A stretch of 62,900 bases of DNA, filler included, from Hausera hauseri (Eukaryota): NCBI GenBank assembly GCA_046269625.1. It is 11 parts of 11 records of this genome, joined end to end, with 100 filler letters (N's around TTAATTAATTAA, not from the genome) between each part and the next. Parts side by side here need not be neighbours in the genome. Positions count along the whole stretch, not along the records: positions 34,953 to 42,092 come from JBJURY010036445.1; positions 42,193 to 50,053 come from JBJURY010900425.1; positions 50,154 to 58,340 come from JBJURY010738765.1; 8 more parts are not named here. The stretch is one strand, 5' to 3'. The notes under the pieces are model-generated. The model was not told the origin of the DNA. It was given only the letters and a program-made list of their open reading frames with translations, and ran no database searches. This document shows, one piece after another, positions 39,703 through 51,213 of the stretch. The position numbers and the translations under genes were made by a program. Each line of letters starts with the position of its first letter. Position 1 is the stretch's first letter.

Positions 39703-42031
39703 ATGGTAAGTACGGATAGCCGAATTAGAATCGAGGAGTATTTACGGAGACAAGCTACAGTGTTTATTCCAAACACAAAATCTATTTCTAAAAGGATAAC
39801 TGAAGCATTGCAGGCAAAAATCTATGCCGAATTTTCGTAAACCAACGAAATTCCCAATGATCTAAAGGGTATTACAGAGGAAAATCACACGGTTTTCCTT
39901 TAGACAATGCGCGAAGATAACCAAACTAAAGCATATTCCCTAAGGGAATTAATCCGAAACCGACTAGCCAAAATTCAAGACATATACATCCACCTAGCCG
40001 ACGGAGAAATATATTATAGAGTAGGAAACCAAACCTGAAACTCCAATGAAGGGCATCAATATCGATTTAGCACATTTAAAATAAACGGAAAGGGTTTAGA
40101 ACGTATTGACTACGGTCTAAAATTTAGAGTATCAGCCCTTCCTGTTAAACTTATGTTCGAAGTGACCTACACAGAGGGTTGTAATCTACGCTTGCCAGCT
40201 CTAGAATTTAAACAATTTCCAACTGAGGAAAAGATGAACATCGTAAGTCATATAGACTAGTCCAAGATGGTCGTAACGTAAGAATCACCGCGATAAATTG
40301 TGGCAAAGGAAATGATGGATATGGAAGTATCTATTAGAGAAAGGGATGGGGTCGAAATATACTCCACAATCATAAACCCCCGGAAGTATGCTCAAGAATC
40401 GTACGCAGAAGTAACTGGTTTAAGAGAGCAGCTTATAAGAGGAAAAGACAGTAGACAAGTCCGTTCGGAGTTGGACCATTGTCTTTACGGTTGTATGTTG
40501 GCAGGATATAACGTGCAACGATCAGTCGAGTTACTAAAAATATCCGATGCAAATATTGCCGGAATTAGGAAAATAGCCACCCACCCAATAGTCCAAGAAC
40601 GAATGGAGGAAACCATACAAGGAAGAAATCGACCGACCGCTCCAGAAGCCATCTTCACGTTAATGATCGAAGCAATGAACAACGACTCGAGTAGAATTCA
40701 GACTTAACGGCTAGCCAACGCTACAAATATTTACAAGAAATTTATAAATCACTAAAATGGAAACATGAATGGGCCCCTGGAAACCCCATATACAATTTGC
40801 GCAGTTCTCTGAAGCCCGAACAAATAGATACCAAATATAGAAGAAACATCAAACCTTACTCTCCGATCAGAACTGTCCAGTCGATAGGCAGCCACAATCT
40901 TACAATCACCATACAAAACCAGAGGAGAATATAACGGAATTACAAACAATCGGGAAAGGAAACAAAACGCCCAATAAAACGTCAAAGTCTCTAGAAGAAC
41001 ACAAGAATTGAAGCCGAAAACAATAGTAAAGAAACAGAAAATAGAAGAAAAGCCCCAGTCCAAAAAACGCCATCTATTTATAACTACTTGTTTAAGAAAA
41101 GAAAAGATGAGAATCTAAAAGATGAAAACCAACAAATTGAACCAAGCACCTCTCAGAAGGCCAAATCCGTAAAAAATCAGTGAACCTATGATAACTGAAG
41201 TCAATGTCATTAGGGAAGAAGATCGAAGAAAATGTCCACCATAAAACAACTCAGGACTCATCAAGAATGTTGATAGCCACAGAATATTGTATCAAGAAAA
41301 TGATCAAAGAAGCTGTTTTATATCAAAGTTGCCCGGCCAGAGAAGTTTTCGTAAATACATATGTTTGGGAAAACTCTAAGTTAGGAAATTACCTTACCTC
41401 AGCCTTTCGCTCAAAAAGGACAGGAAAAATTATAGTTCCGGTAGATAAAAAAATCCGGATATTAATAAATGAACAATATCAAAGATACCGAATGGAAGGA
41501 AAAATTCAAGATTTGAACCAAGACCTTATGGCGGATTGGACCTTAATACAAGTAAGCTGTGACCCACGGAAAAGTTCCATTAACCCTAAGCAGAAGGTAA
41601 TTCATGGATACCTTTATCACGATGCGCATGGCCTTATATTCGAGCCCATTGAACTGACAATCCAGGTTGATTTAGATAGAGATGATTGGGACAAGGAGGA
41701 TAATGAATGCAATGTGTGCGATGCTAACCTGAGACAAGGTTATGTGGTATTGGATAATAAAATTTGCCGCCACAAGTATTGTCGGGATTGTTTTGAGAAG
41801 TGGACACTCGACAATGGAAAAGCGACATTTCCAGTGTGCCGAGCAGAGGCTACGGATCTGAAATATTATTCTGACGGAAATTACACCCGGGTTGTTCGCA
41901 TTAAGCCCTACCATAGTTATGATCTAGAAGCCAACCCCTCACGAAGTCAAAACCAACCGGATTCCCAAACCAACTTACGAGAAAGGATGGAACGGTTGAG
42001 GCGACCAAAGACGCTAGGCGCAACTTCTTGA
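39703..42031 (+). pseudogene. Family B ORF-E full extent: about 780-codon protein ending in RING-HC
   Basis: ATG at 39703, right after a polypyrimidine/CAG acceptor, is in frame (through several stops) with ORF 40300-40707 and continues via frameshifts to the RING at 41708-41842, where the 7th ligand is C>F. Confidence 0.65.
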
Positions 42032-42399
42032 CGCAATAGGCTCCTTCGAGGATGCCGCTCAGAAAGAAGAGATGTAACAGTGCTGGACTATANNNNNNNN
42101 NNNNNNNNNNNNNNNNNNNNNNNNNNNNNNNNNNNNTTAATTAATTAANNNNNNNNNNNNNNNNNNNNNNNNNNNNNNNNNNNNNNNNNNNNCGAATTAA
42201 CCAATCAGCATGCGAGACGCTTGTGATTGGTCAATTGGTGCGTGGGTGGACCCCCCCCCCTCCCCCCTTGTTCCAGAAACGCCTTTTTCCCCCTACTTAG
42301 GTAATATCAACATAGGCCTAGCCAATGACTTAATTCTTTTTCGTTCTCAGGCTCCATACAGTCCGAAATTTTGTTCAACAACGATTTGTCTGGCCTTGA

Positions 42400-43800
42400 T
42401 TTTCATTCTCCAACTATATGGCCAAGGTACGATACAGCGTTCAGAGCCCACTTACACTTTTTTGATTTAGTTTTAACCCAGCTTGTTATAATTTCATGAG
42501 TGTGTCTTCGATGTCCTTCAGATGCTCCTTTTCGGTTTTTGATGCAATTATTACATCATCTAAGTACGCAAATGCATGTTCCAGTCCCTTTTGCATTTTA
42601 TTCATCATGCTGGTAAAAATGGCTGATTTTGTAGTAATTCCAAATGGCATAACGTTAAATTCATACACAAATCGTGGGTTTTAAACTCCGTTTTATAATG
42701 GCCTTCATCTTAGATTTCTACCTACCAGTATCCGGATTGTAAGACCAGAGTGGTAAACCTTTTTGTTCCTGAGAGCCTCTAAAGCCTCTTTCACAGATGG
42801 TAAGTGGAAAGAATATTTCATCACAATAGTATTCAGTGCTCTGTAATCGACACAAAATTGATATTTCGTGGTACCTATTTTGACCATAAAAATGGGTGAA
42901 TACTAAGATCTAAAGATCGGCCTTATTATATCGGCCTTGTGCATTCGTTCCACTTCCTTAGTTATCTCGGGTCTCAAGGAATGTGGTGGTGGATACCATT
43001 TTGGCATCTTCTGCTCTTCCAGATCAATTTCGTCATAGGAACCAGGCTTCTTCTTAAGTGGTATAGTCAGCTTTAACGCTTTTGCTCGACCAATGTCTTC
43101 TTCGTCCATTGCAATAATGGATTTATATCGACATAATAATTCATAAAATTGACAATAGACTTCTGGTGAGAATTTAGTATCTACGTGAGGTAGAAATGCG
43201 GAATATTTATATAGTTTCGCTTCAACCGTTATTGCTGATACTTTATAAATGTGTCTCAAAGTAGTGTTGCGTATAATTTTATTAGAGTTGGCGCACTGTT
43301 CGCTAATCTAGCTGGTATACGTCATCTTGACAGATCTGTGCAAATATTAACAATTTCGTTCTGGGCGGAATCTAGGCTGTATCTAATTTCTAACCGGAAT
43401 CCATAATTCTCCGGGTTTTCTTTCTTTGTTAATTTTTGTCCCTTTTATCGGTCCAAGTTGGATTAGCTTCGCGGTGTTTAAGTCTACCGCTATGCTTGGG
43501 AGACGCCTTAGTACATCTCACCCTAATACTACGTCATCCGTTAAGTGTTCCATTATAGAAAATTCATGTTGGAATGTTTGTCCCATTATACTGATATTGG
43601 GATTCCATTTAAAGTTCGGTCTCGATTCTTGTCCAAAAGCTCCTATGCTTCCGGGATCGGTTGCTAGCGGTAAACGTAGTTGATGTCGTAATACTTTTGG
43701 TATTGATCCGTTTTTATGAACGATTTCTCTGAGCTGGTATATATTAGCGCATAAACTTCCCAATCATCAATACTGATTTTGGCGAAGGGTCTACATTATT
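42400..43800 (-). mobile_element. Family B pol 5' part: degenerate protease and RT
   Basis: RPFAKISIDDWEVYALI(Y)T(S)SEKSFI is a mutated DTG site; DDVVLG; FCVDYRALN, MPFG, YLDD. Highly similar to 29672-30420. Confidence 0.9.
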
Positions 43801-44209
43801 TTATCCTAGGCTGTTTAACGCTGGATATCTTGTGCCCATTTATACTAATTTCTGGTATGCTACTAGTATCTTCGGCTATCTGTCTCGATTCGATAATGGG
43901 ATATAATCCGCTATTTACGCAGTTTCCATCGTCCCGCTCCTGCGTACAGATTAATAATTCTCTGTTGTTTGAACAATAGAAAGAGTGAATTCGTGGATTA
44001 TCCCAAACTGACGATTTGGTTTGTACATTCCGCGAAATCCACGGGGAGTATATCACTTTGCGGTCATCTACTGATCGGTGACGTTACTCGAATTTTTCTC
44101 TATTTCCGTACATTTTCCGTAATGCATCGCATTGCTGTGTACCTTCATAAGGGTTTTTATAGTTCAAGGGTTTCATATAGTTTTACGACTTGTAAGAGTT
44201 AATTGATCG

Positions 44210-46270
44210 TTAGTTGCAGTCCTCGTATAATGGCGCCGAAGGGGGCAGCATAGGCAGAGGCGATTTTAAGACATAGTACTCCTTATGCTTGCATATTTTG
44301 GAGACCACGTCTCCTCCCTTAGGCTCATCATCATCTGAATTATTTCTTCGTAATTTCATATCCCTTTGTCCTATGAAGAATACGGGTTTTCTTTTTCGTT
44401 TTCGATTATAATAGACAACATGTCTCTCAACATCGCTTTTCCATCTGCTCTCTTCATACGTCTTCAAAAATTTTCAAAGGGCTTTATAATCGCTGACAAA
44501 ATTTTACACGAAAATCCAGTTAAGGCAAATATTTCATAGCCATTTATAACGGATTGAATTACTGACTTAATGAGTTGTACTAAAATATAGATAACTAAAA
44601 ATTCAGATGCAGCTTGTCCTCAAATTAAAAATCTTCCCCAGATCTTGTATAATATCTCCGTGGTGATTCTTTGATAATGATTGGAACCAAGTAGAAATTC
44701 CCATTTTGCTTGATAGATAGTACTATCTATTACCGTTGACATAGCTGTATTCAATTCATGTGTACGCTGACGATAGAAAGCTGGAAACTGTCTAAAAGCC
44801 TCAATTTCCTTTGGTCTGTAAATTCCTTTGCTCGCGGTATCAGAAAACTTATCATCCGTTATACCTTTTAACAAATTTGTCCCTGTTAGTTTATTAGGCG
44901 TGGCTATTATTCTTCCATTTGGCAGGCTTAGCCAATCTATCTCACTTTTACTAAACATAGGTTCGCCTAAACCTGATTTACATTCCTTCAAAATCGTTGG
45001 CTGTGTTGAATTTTCCAATAAGACTCTCGTAAGTGGCATGGCTAACCGAGGTACGTTCTGGTATAGAACTAGCAATACTTGCATACAACGTTTCTCTTCT
45101 ACGTTTATGGATACATCCCGTCTTTTGCATTCGTGTGTTAACAGAACTTCTCCGGTGACTCTTCCGAAAATACCTTCTTTTATGGGGATCACAGGCACTG
45201 CTAGATCCGAGTTGGCACATATTAAGGCCACTATGGTCCTCATAATTTCTGTGTCCAATTTACAGTTATTTGCGATTATTTTGTGACATAATTCTGCTAT
45301 TTCGGCTTGTCCTTTATAATAAAAAGAATCGTCTCTATTTTTCAAGTAATCTTCTATTCTTACCTCTTGTGTTTCCAATGAATAAGTAGTTATTGCAGCT
45401 TCTGCTACGAAAAATGCTTCATAATTGGTGGCACACATCACTACGTTACATCAGGGGAGCATTTGTTTCTTAATAAACTTTAACCCATGATCATCGGAGA
45501 TTAATATCGTTGGTGTGGAGTGTTCGGTCACATCCTTCCTTGACCGAGCATTATTATCTATCGTATCCACATATCTTTTCCCCGTGGTTTCGTTAAAACT
45601 AATCTCTTTTATTTTAATGAAATTACAGCCACTCGCAGGAAGTGGAATCCAATTAATTATTGAATTGCGGAAAGTACAGGCACCATCTTGAATATGACAC
45701 TTCTGGTTTTCGGTATATACTTTCGTAACACTATGAAACATCACCTTTTGATTTCTCATTTCTGTCTCATAAAAATCGACTACTCCTCCTCCTTCTTTTC
45801 CTCTTCCAGTATCGTATTCACCTCCCTTACAGTACCCGGTTTGAATATGTAGCTTTTTAATTGCTACTTTATATACCCTAATTATTCTTCCCTACTCCAC
45901 ATCGTCCCACCTCAATCTTCCGGTTTCTTTAACTGGTTTACACTATTGTCTGTCTAAATCCATGGTAATTAGCGGAGTAGTTGGTTTTATTATTGATGAA
46001 TGTCCGTGCATGTTCCCACAATGAAAAATGCTTCAAGATCTGCGTAACATGCATTCTATCCCGTCTACCGCAATCAACTTGCGTTGATGATACAAAAAGT
46101 ACTTTTTCTCAACGGTTACTAACTTGTGAGGTCTGGCGTCCTCGCACATTTCTAAATCCATCAGAGAATATTTCTGACCTAGCTTGAATTTATCACAGCC
46201 GTACACCGTGATTTCTCCCAGTTGTCTTATTAGCACCATGAGCGTTATTAATTTAATCATCCAATTCGGT
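44210..46270 (-). pseudogene. Family B envelope glycoprotein, chuvirus/Jingchuvirales-like (class III fusogen type)
   Basis: Signal then VYGC..YSLMDLEMC; C....FHCGNMHGHSS; C...ETG; GYCKGGEY; C...DGAC; C.LDTEI; G.FGRVTGEVLLTHEC; CMQVL.V; PLTRVL; SKGIY; W.RFL.*G...LVIYILVQLIKSVIQSVINGY TM region. The Cys spacing and motifs match chuvirus-type glycoproteins as I recall them. Confidence 0.8.
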
Positions 46271-49200
46271 TCGCTGTCTCGTGCTGAGTTGGGTGGCATT
46301 AATTCCTTACAACATCTTTAATTCTAATGGACCGCCTACTTTCGCCTTCATCATCAATTAGTTTGGACCAATTAACTTCTATAGGTATTTTCCTGGCCAA
46401 GCCAATAGTCCTATTAAATTCATTTCCCCGCGAGGAATTTGTTTTGATTGCCAAGTACAATACAACTTTTCTTAATTCTTTTTTAGTATTTTCCACCATG
46501 GTTTTCGCAATTACAACCTCATCAGGCAAGGTACTTTTATTCGTCTTGAACCGGGATGTTCTGATTATCCTCGCAGCATCGTATATCGCTCTTTCCTTTT
46601 CATCCAACATGTCACTTCTTGGTCCCGAATAATTCACTATTTTTATAAGATTTTTTATTAACTTGGTTAATTCTTCATTGTCGGAGTTAATTGTTGGCAT
46701 TGACATTTGCCTCAGTTCTCGAATTAGATCTGCGTTATGGTCGGTTTCGTCTCTTACGTTTCTTTGTCTTCCAATTGATCATTTTTGTTTCGCCGGAGTC
46801 GGAATTGCTTCTCTAAGCGGCACTAAATTCCTGTCATATTGTTCTTTATCTTCCTCATTCTAAATGTAGTCAAAATACATGGTAGGGTACCGAATTCCCA
46901 TAATGCGTCCTACACAATGTTCAGCTCGTGCTTTCCCTTATCGTTTTGTCTTTCGTCTGTTCATCAGTAATTATGGCCAGTATTCTATTGGATTCCTCCG
47001 GAATAATTCTAACGTCTATTAGTAGTTCGGGTTCATCCAGTATTCTGCCTCGGAAGTATAACTGATAGTTTTCTTCGTCTTTACCACTATTTTGTACTAT
47101 CCATTGTTTTATTTCTCCCACTGAGGTTACCGTTGTACACTCAATTTCCCTCTCGTACATCCACTCGGCTGATATTTTTACCTTAATTATCGTTTCGGGT
47201 TTAGCCCTCAAGATTTTAGCGTACTTCCTTATAAATAGTTTTGGCACGGTACTATAAACGGTATTTTCACTTGATAATTTAGTTAAGGTAGGGATTAGTT
47301 GTCTTAGTTTGCTTTCAGTTATATTTAAGTTAATTTGTTCAATTAAATCTTTCTCAGCCAGTGCAGGACCGAGCAGCATATCCACATTAAATTGTCAGTT
47401 CGATGGAAGTTGGATAGGCGTTTTAGGATTCTGGTTGTACACATCCTCCAAATAGGTGTGCCATCCTACGTCGCCTGTAACGTCTGGGAGTTCATAGTCC
47501 AATAATGTCGTGCTCGCGCATTTCACATTTTCACGGATCTTGTTTAACCTCGGCTGGACTTCTTTCATTAAGGTAGTTTGGAACTCCACTGCGTTTCCAC
47601 ACTCAATTTGGAACATTTTTAATGGTGGTCCTAATTCGTCTGCAGGAATGAGCCCTTTTCTTTCATAATTCGTTAATTCAGTAGTCACATCTGCTAACCA
47701 CCTCTGTGGAAATTCATTTTATTCGTTATCTCCGATCGAGTAAACTTACATTTATTCCTATAGATCTCTAGTTCATTGTCTAATTCATCTAACTTTGTTG
47801 CTCTCCGCTTCGTATGGATACGATGTTCTTCTATATCTCTAACTTGGGTTGTCAATTTTCGTGCTTTGTCATCATTTATTTCTGACATTGCTGATAACAG
47901 CGATATTAGTCCTTGCATTTCATTTAGAGTCTTAGAATCTGGGTCTACTTCGTCAATCAGTTTCCTTCGAACTTAGCCTCGTCCGATGTGAGTTGACTGT
48001 CTTTCTTTATTTCTCTCAATTCAGCATGGCAATTTTGGTCTGTTCCTAATGTCCATTCAGATGGACGATGTAGAAATTTTAGTATTTCTTCTAACGCATT
48101 CCGATGGTTCGGACAGATATCCAGCGTTGTTAAATCGTATATCGATATTTCATTTGTGGGTTTCGTCGTCAAATATTGTGTGCCTTCTAGGCGAACGCGT
48201 TTTAGTCCTGTAACGAAATGGGACATCATTTCCCGTTTCGTTGACAACTCTATCTCTTCGATCATCGCGTATAATCCTTCCACGAATGTTATTTCCTGAT
48301 TTTTGCTCATAAAATTTAATCTTAACAATGCGTTGAATTCAACCCGAAGGGTTGCCTCTGTTTTCAGAGCATCTAGATATCAGAGTATTTCTTTCAACCG
48401 TTGTTTGGATATTGGTTCACATATAGAATATTTCCTCAAGTGATACTTCGTTAAGTATGCTAATCTATACAACAATTCAATCCATTCCTTGTGATGGTTG
48501 TCTATTACCGGTTTCGCGTATATTACATTTTCTAGTTTTTTATAGGCATTGTTTAGTTTGTCGTCTGGACCTTCGATATATTCCATTATTTCTATAACGT
48601 AATTAACTTCATTCTTGTACTCATCCAGTTCCAGAATACACGTTTTCGTTATATTTTGCGTTTCTGGATTTTCTATTTTCGTTATTTTGTTCTTACATCT
48701 GTAAATCTCGGAGCGTCTTTTATCCTTTAAGACTATACGAATTCCTACATCCTCATATTCCTTAGGCGCGTTGAACGCGATTTTGCACATTTCCATTACG
48801 AGAGGAATATCTACCGGTTCTATTCCCAGTATTTTGAATTTGTTTTCATCCAGTTCGCTTACTGGTTTATTTTTAAGGTAATAGATTATTGTATCCTCTA
48901 TTTCTTTTATTAAATTATCTAGGTTACGCTTTGTTATCTTCTGTTTTGGTTCCGCGGCTAACATCTTTAGTAATTCCTGGGCAGTTGTCACTTTACTTCA
49001 GATTTTAATCTCCTGATTATTCAATATCTCGGTGAAGTCGATTTCCATTTTTATTCATGAGCTCAGTTTTGTTCGCCATTCTTCAATTGATTTCTCAATA
49101 GCTTCTTCTGATTATTCTAGTTCTTCGTCCCTTCTAGCATTTTCCTCAATGTACTTTTTAAATGCATTACACATTTTCTCGGCAAACTGTTGTTCCTTCC

Positions 49201-49616
49201 CGGATACATCTACTTGAGTTTTTATACTTTCCAGTTCCTCTAAGTTACGACGTAAAGTCTCCAGGTCAGTCAATAGTGTCCTAATCTATTTTAATTTATC
49301 CGCATTCTTCCAAGATTTCCTGATCCTCCATAATTTCCCGTCGAGTTTCTCAATTCGTTCCGTTCGGTCAATTTCGCCTTCGCTTATGGGTTGCCGACAT
49401 ATCTCGTTTATTTCATTGTTTCCGTCTCCTGCTTTTATAGTTATACTTGCATCATCTGTTATTTCTCTAAGCTCCACATCAGGAGTGCTAAAACTTGAGA
49501 CGTCCTCCACATCGATATCTCTGGGATTGATCCGCCCTGAATTTTCCTTTTTGAAACTAACTTTTATTAACTAGATTCTGTGAATTTTACAAAAAAAGGA
49601 ATTTGGAAAAAATATA

Positions 49617-49687
49617 CTCCCGACCGGGAATCCAACCCGGACCTTCCACGTGACAAGCGGAGATACTTACCACTATACTATCGAGGA
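49617..49687 (-). tRNA. tRNA-Asp(GTC)-like pseudogene, copy 1
   Basis: TCCTCGATAGTATAGTGGTAAGTATCTCCGCTTGTCACGTGGA... The T-loop is TTGGATT, the acceptor 3' strand is one G short, and TTTTTT follows downstream. Confidence 0.8.
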
Positions 49688-49852
49688 CTGATTAAATTAT
49701 TTTAAATTTCCATGTTAATTTAACCACATCATTCCTGCGTCAATGGCTCGACTCCACACACTTCCAATCCGTTCTTATGTCAGCGTATAGAACTAACTTT
49801 TATTAACTGGATTCTGGGCACTTTACAAAGAAAGGAATTTGGAAAAAATATA

Positions 49853-49923
49853 CTCCCGACCGGGAATCCAACTGGGGCCTTCCACATGACATGCGGAGAT
49901 ACTTACCACTATACTATCGAGGA
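49853..49923 (-). tRNA. tRNA-Asp(GTC)-like pseudogene, copy 2
   Basis: Tandem copy with a 236-bp period and additional mismatches. Confidence 0.75.
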
Positions 49924-50153
49924 CTGGCCTTTTTGTTTCCTTTTTATCGATGGGCTACGGCCTCTATTCTTCGTTATTTTAACCACTAACGGTGCTATAT
50001 ATTTACTCTTAATTTTTTCGGAAGCGGCAGTCTCTTCTCTTGTTAGTTTTTCGNNNNNNNNNNNNNNNNNNNNNNNNNNNNNNNNNNNNNNNNNNNNTTA
50101 ATTAATTAANNNNNNNNNNNNNNNNNNNNNNNNNNNNNNNNNNNNNNNNNNNN

Positions 50154-50492
50154 GACTTTTTTAAGTTAAAGAATAATAATCTATATGGTAAGACCGTAGA
50201 AAATTTATTGAAAAGGTCAATTTTAAGAATGTGCAATAATGCCAAAAAACTTGTTACTTACACAAGTAAGGCACAGTTTAAGAAAAGTATCATTATAGCC
50301 GATGACCTTGTCGCTGTTCTCCTCGATAAAGACATAGTTACTTTAGACAGACCCTCATACATTGGTCAAGCAGTACTTGATCTGTCAAAGTTAAGGATGT
50401 ATGAGTTGAATTATATAGTGTTGGAGAATTACAGACAACAGTTTAGTTGCGAAATTAATGTAATTGCTGATAACACGGACAGTTTTTTCTAA
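50154..50492 (+). mobile_element. Family-B-type DNA polymerase (pPolB) fragment, Maverick/Polinton/adintovirus-like
   Basis: FFKLKNNNLYGKTVEN (KxxxNxxYGK motif), P.YIGQAVLDLSKLRMY and D(N)TDSF (DTDS motif). Confidence 0.85.
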
Positions 50493-51213
50493 AGTGCCGT
50501 GGTGTCTGTCAAAAGGCACCAAACAGACAAGATTCGCTGGCAACCTGACAACATATAACGAACTGGTGGGTTTGTTCAAAGAGCCCTTGAGTACGCAGGT
50601 GGCTCGTAGAACTACACGACGTGAGAAAGTCGACTTGAAATGCCTACAGTGCATAACGATACTACCAACCATGGAGAAATCAGCGCACGATGAGGTGAAA
50701 TTCGTCATTGCGTTCTATTTGTCAAGCAACTATTTTTTTAATGTTCTTGTTATTAACAATTCCTTTTTCCTTTTTCTCTCTTATCTTTTTGTTCTCAACA
50801 TGTCTGGAACAACGTCACCCTTTTAAACTTAGCCCACCGTTGCGGTAGTCCTTTACATCCCATTTACCATGATAGTTCAGATTTCTGCCTATATACGTGC
50901 AACAATACTCTTGAGTAACAATAGAATCACAGTGTGACCGACTACTCAACCGTCCATCACTTCGCCATCCACTAGGGCCTGTGACACCCCTCTCGTTTTC
51001 CTTTTTCATAAATAACTCGCAAATACGGACGCACAACATAACATACCATATAGATACACTGTACTTACACAAATTTATAAAACATTTTACTACCTTTTCA
51101 GACTTTTACTTAACCCTTAATAATATACCTCTCGTTAATGTCGATGTCCGAAACTTTTTTCTTCTCGAACCCCACACCTCACTATTCATGTACATTTGCG
51201 CATACGTGGTGGA

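Larger units (their letters stand above)
34953..42092 (+). mobile_element. Family B internally deleted copy: ORF-A, env start, integrase core remnant, ORF-D C-half, ORF-E (RING), PPT, LTR start
   Basis: 34953-38546 is colinear with 50053-46190 (minus). 38560-38920 matches the integrase at about 28000-28350. 38920-39650 matches 26278-27000. 40680-42075 matches 30729-32152. Confidence 0.9.
46270..50053 (-). pseudogene. Family B ORF-A (long charged/helical protein with UBL), interrupted by a tRNA-Asp insertion
   Basis: Shares with the 34953-38500 copy: RKSWKNA, ILGI.P.DIP, EWT.G.D..CH.EL.EI.KD.QLTSDEAKF, LIPTLTKL.SENT.YS..PKL.IR.YAK. Confidence 0.85.

Noticed and set aside
39700-46300. Alternative genetic code (TAA/TAG read as Gln) to explain the many in-frame stops
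   Set aside because: The same copies also carry frameshifts and mutated catalytic residues, and the long XRN1 ORF has no such internal stops. Ordinary pseudogene decay by C>T and G>A changes explains them.
36231-49574. Many short hydrophobic ORFs antisense to family B (e.g. 36231-36656, 37333-37605, 44828-45286, 46327-46632)
   Set aside because: They are expected shadows of A-rich, Lys/Glu-rich coding sequence on the opposite strand.
49617-49923. tRNA copies as a self-encoded primer or as functional tRNA genes of family B
   Set aside because: They interrupt ORF-A, are flanked by a TSD, are absent from the other copy, and have T-loop and acceptor defects.
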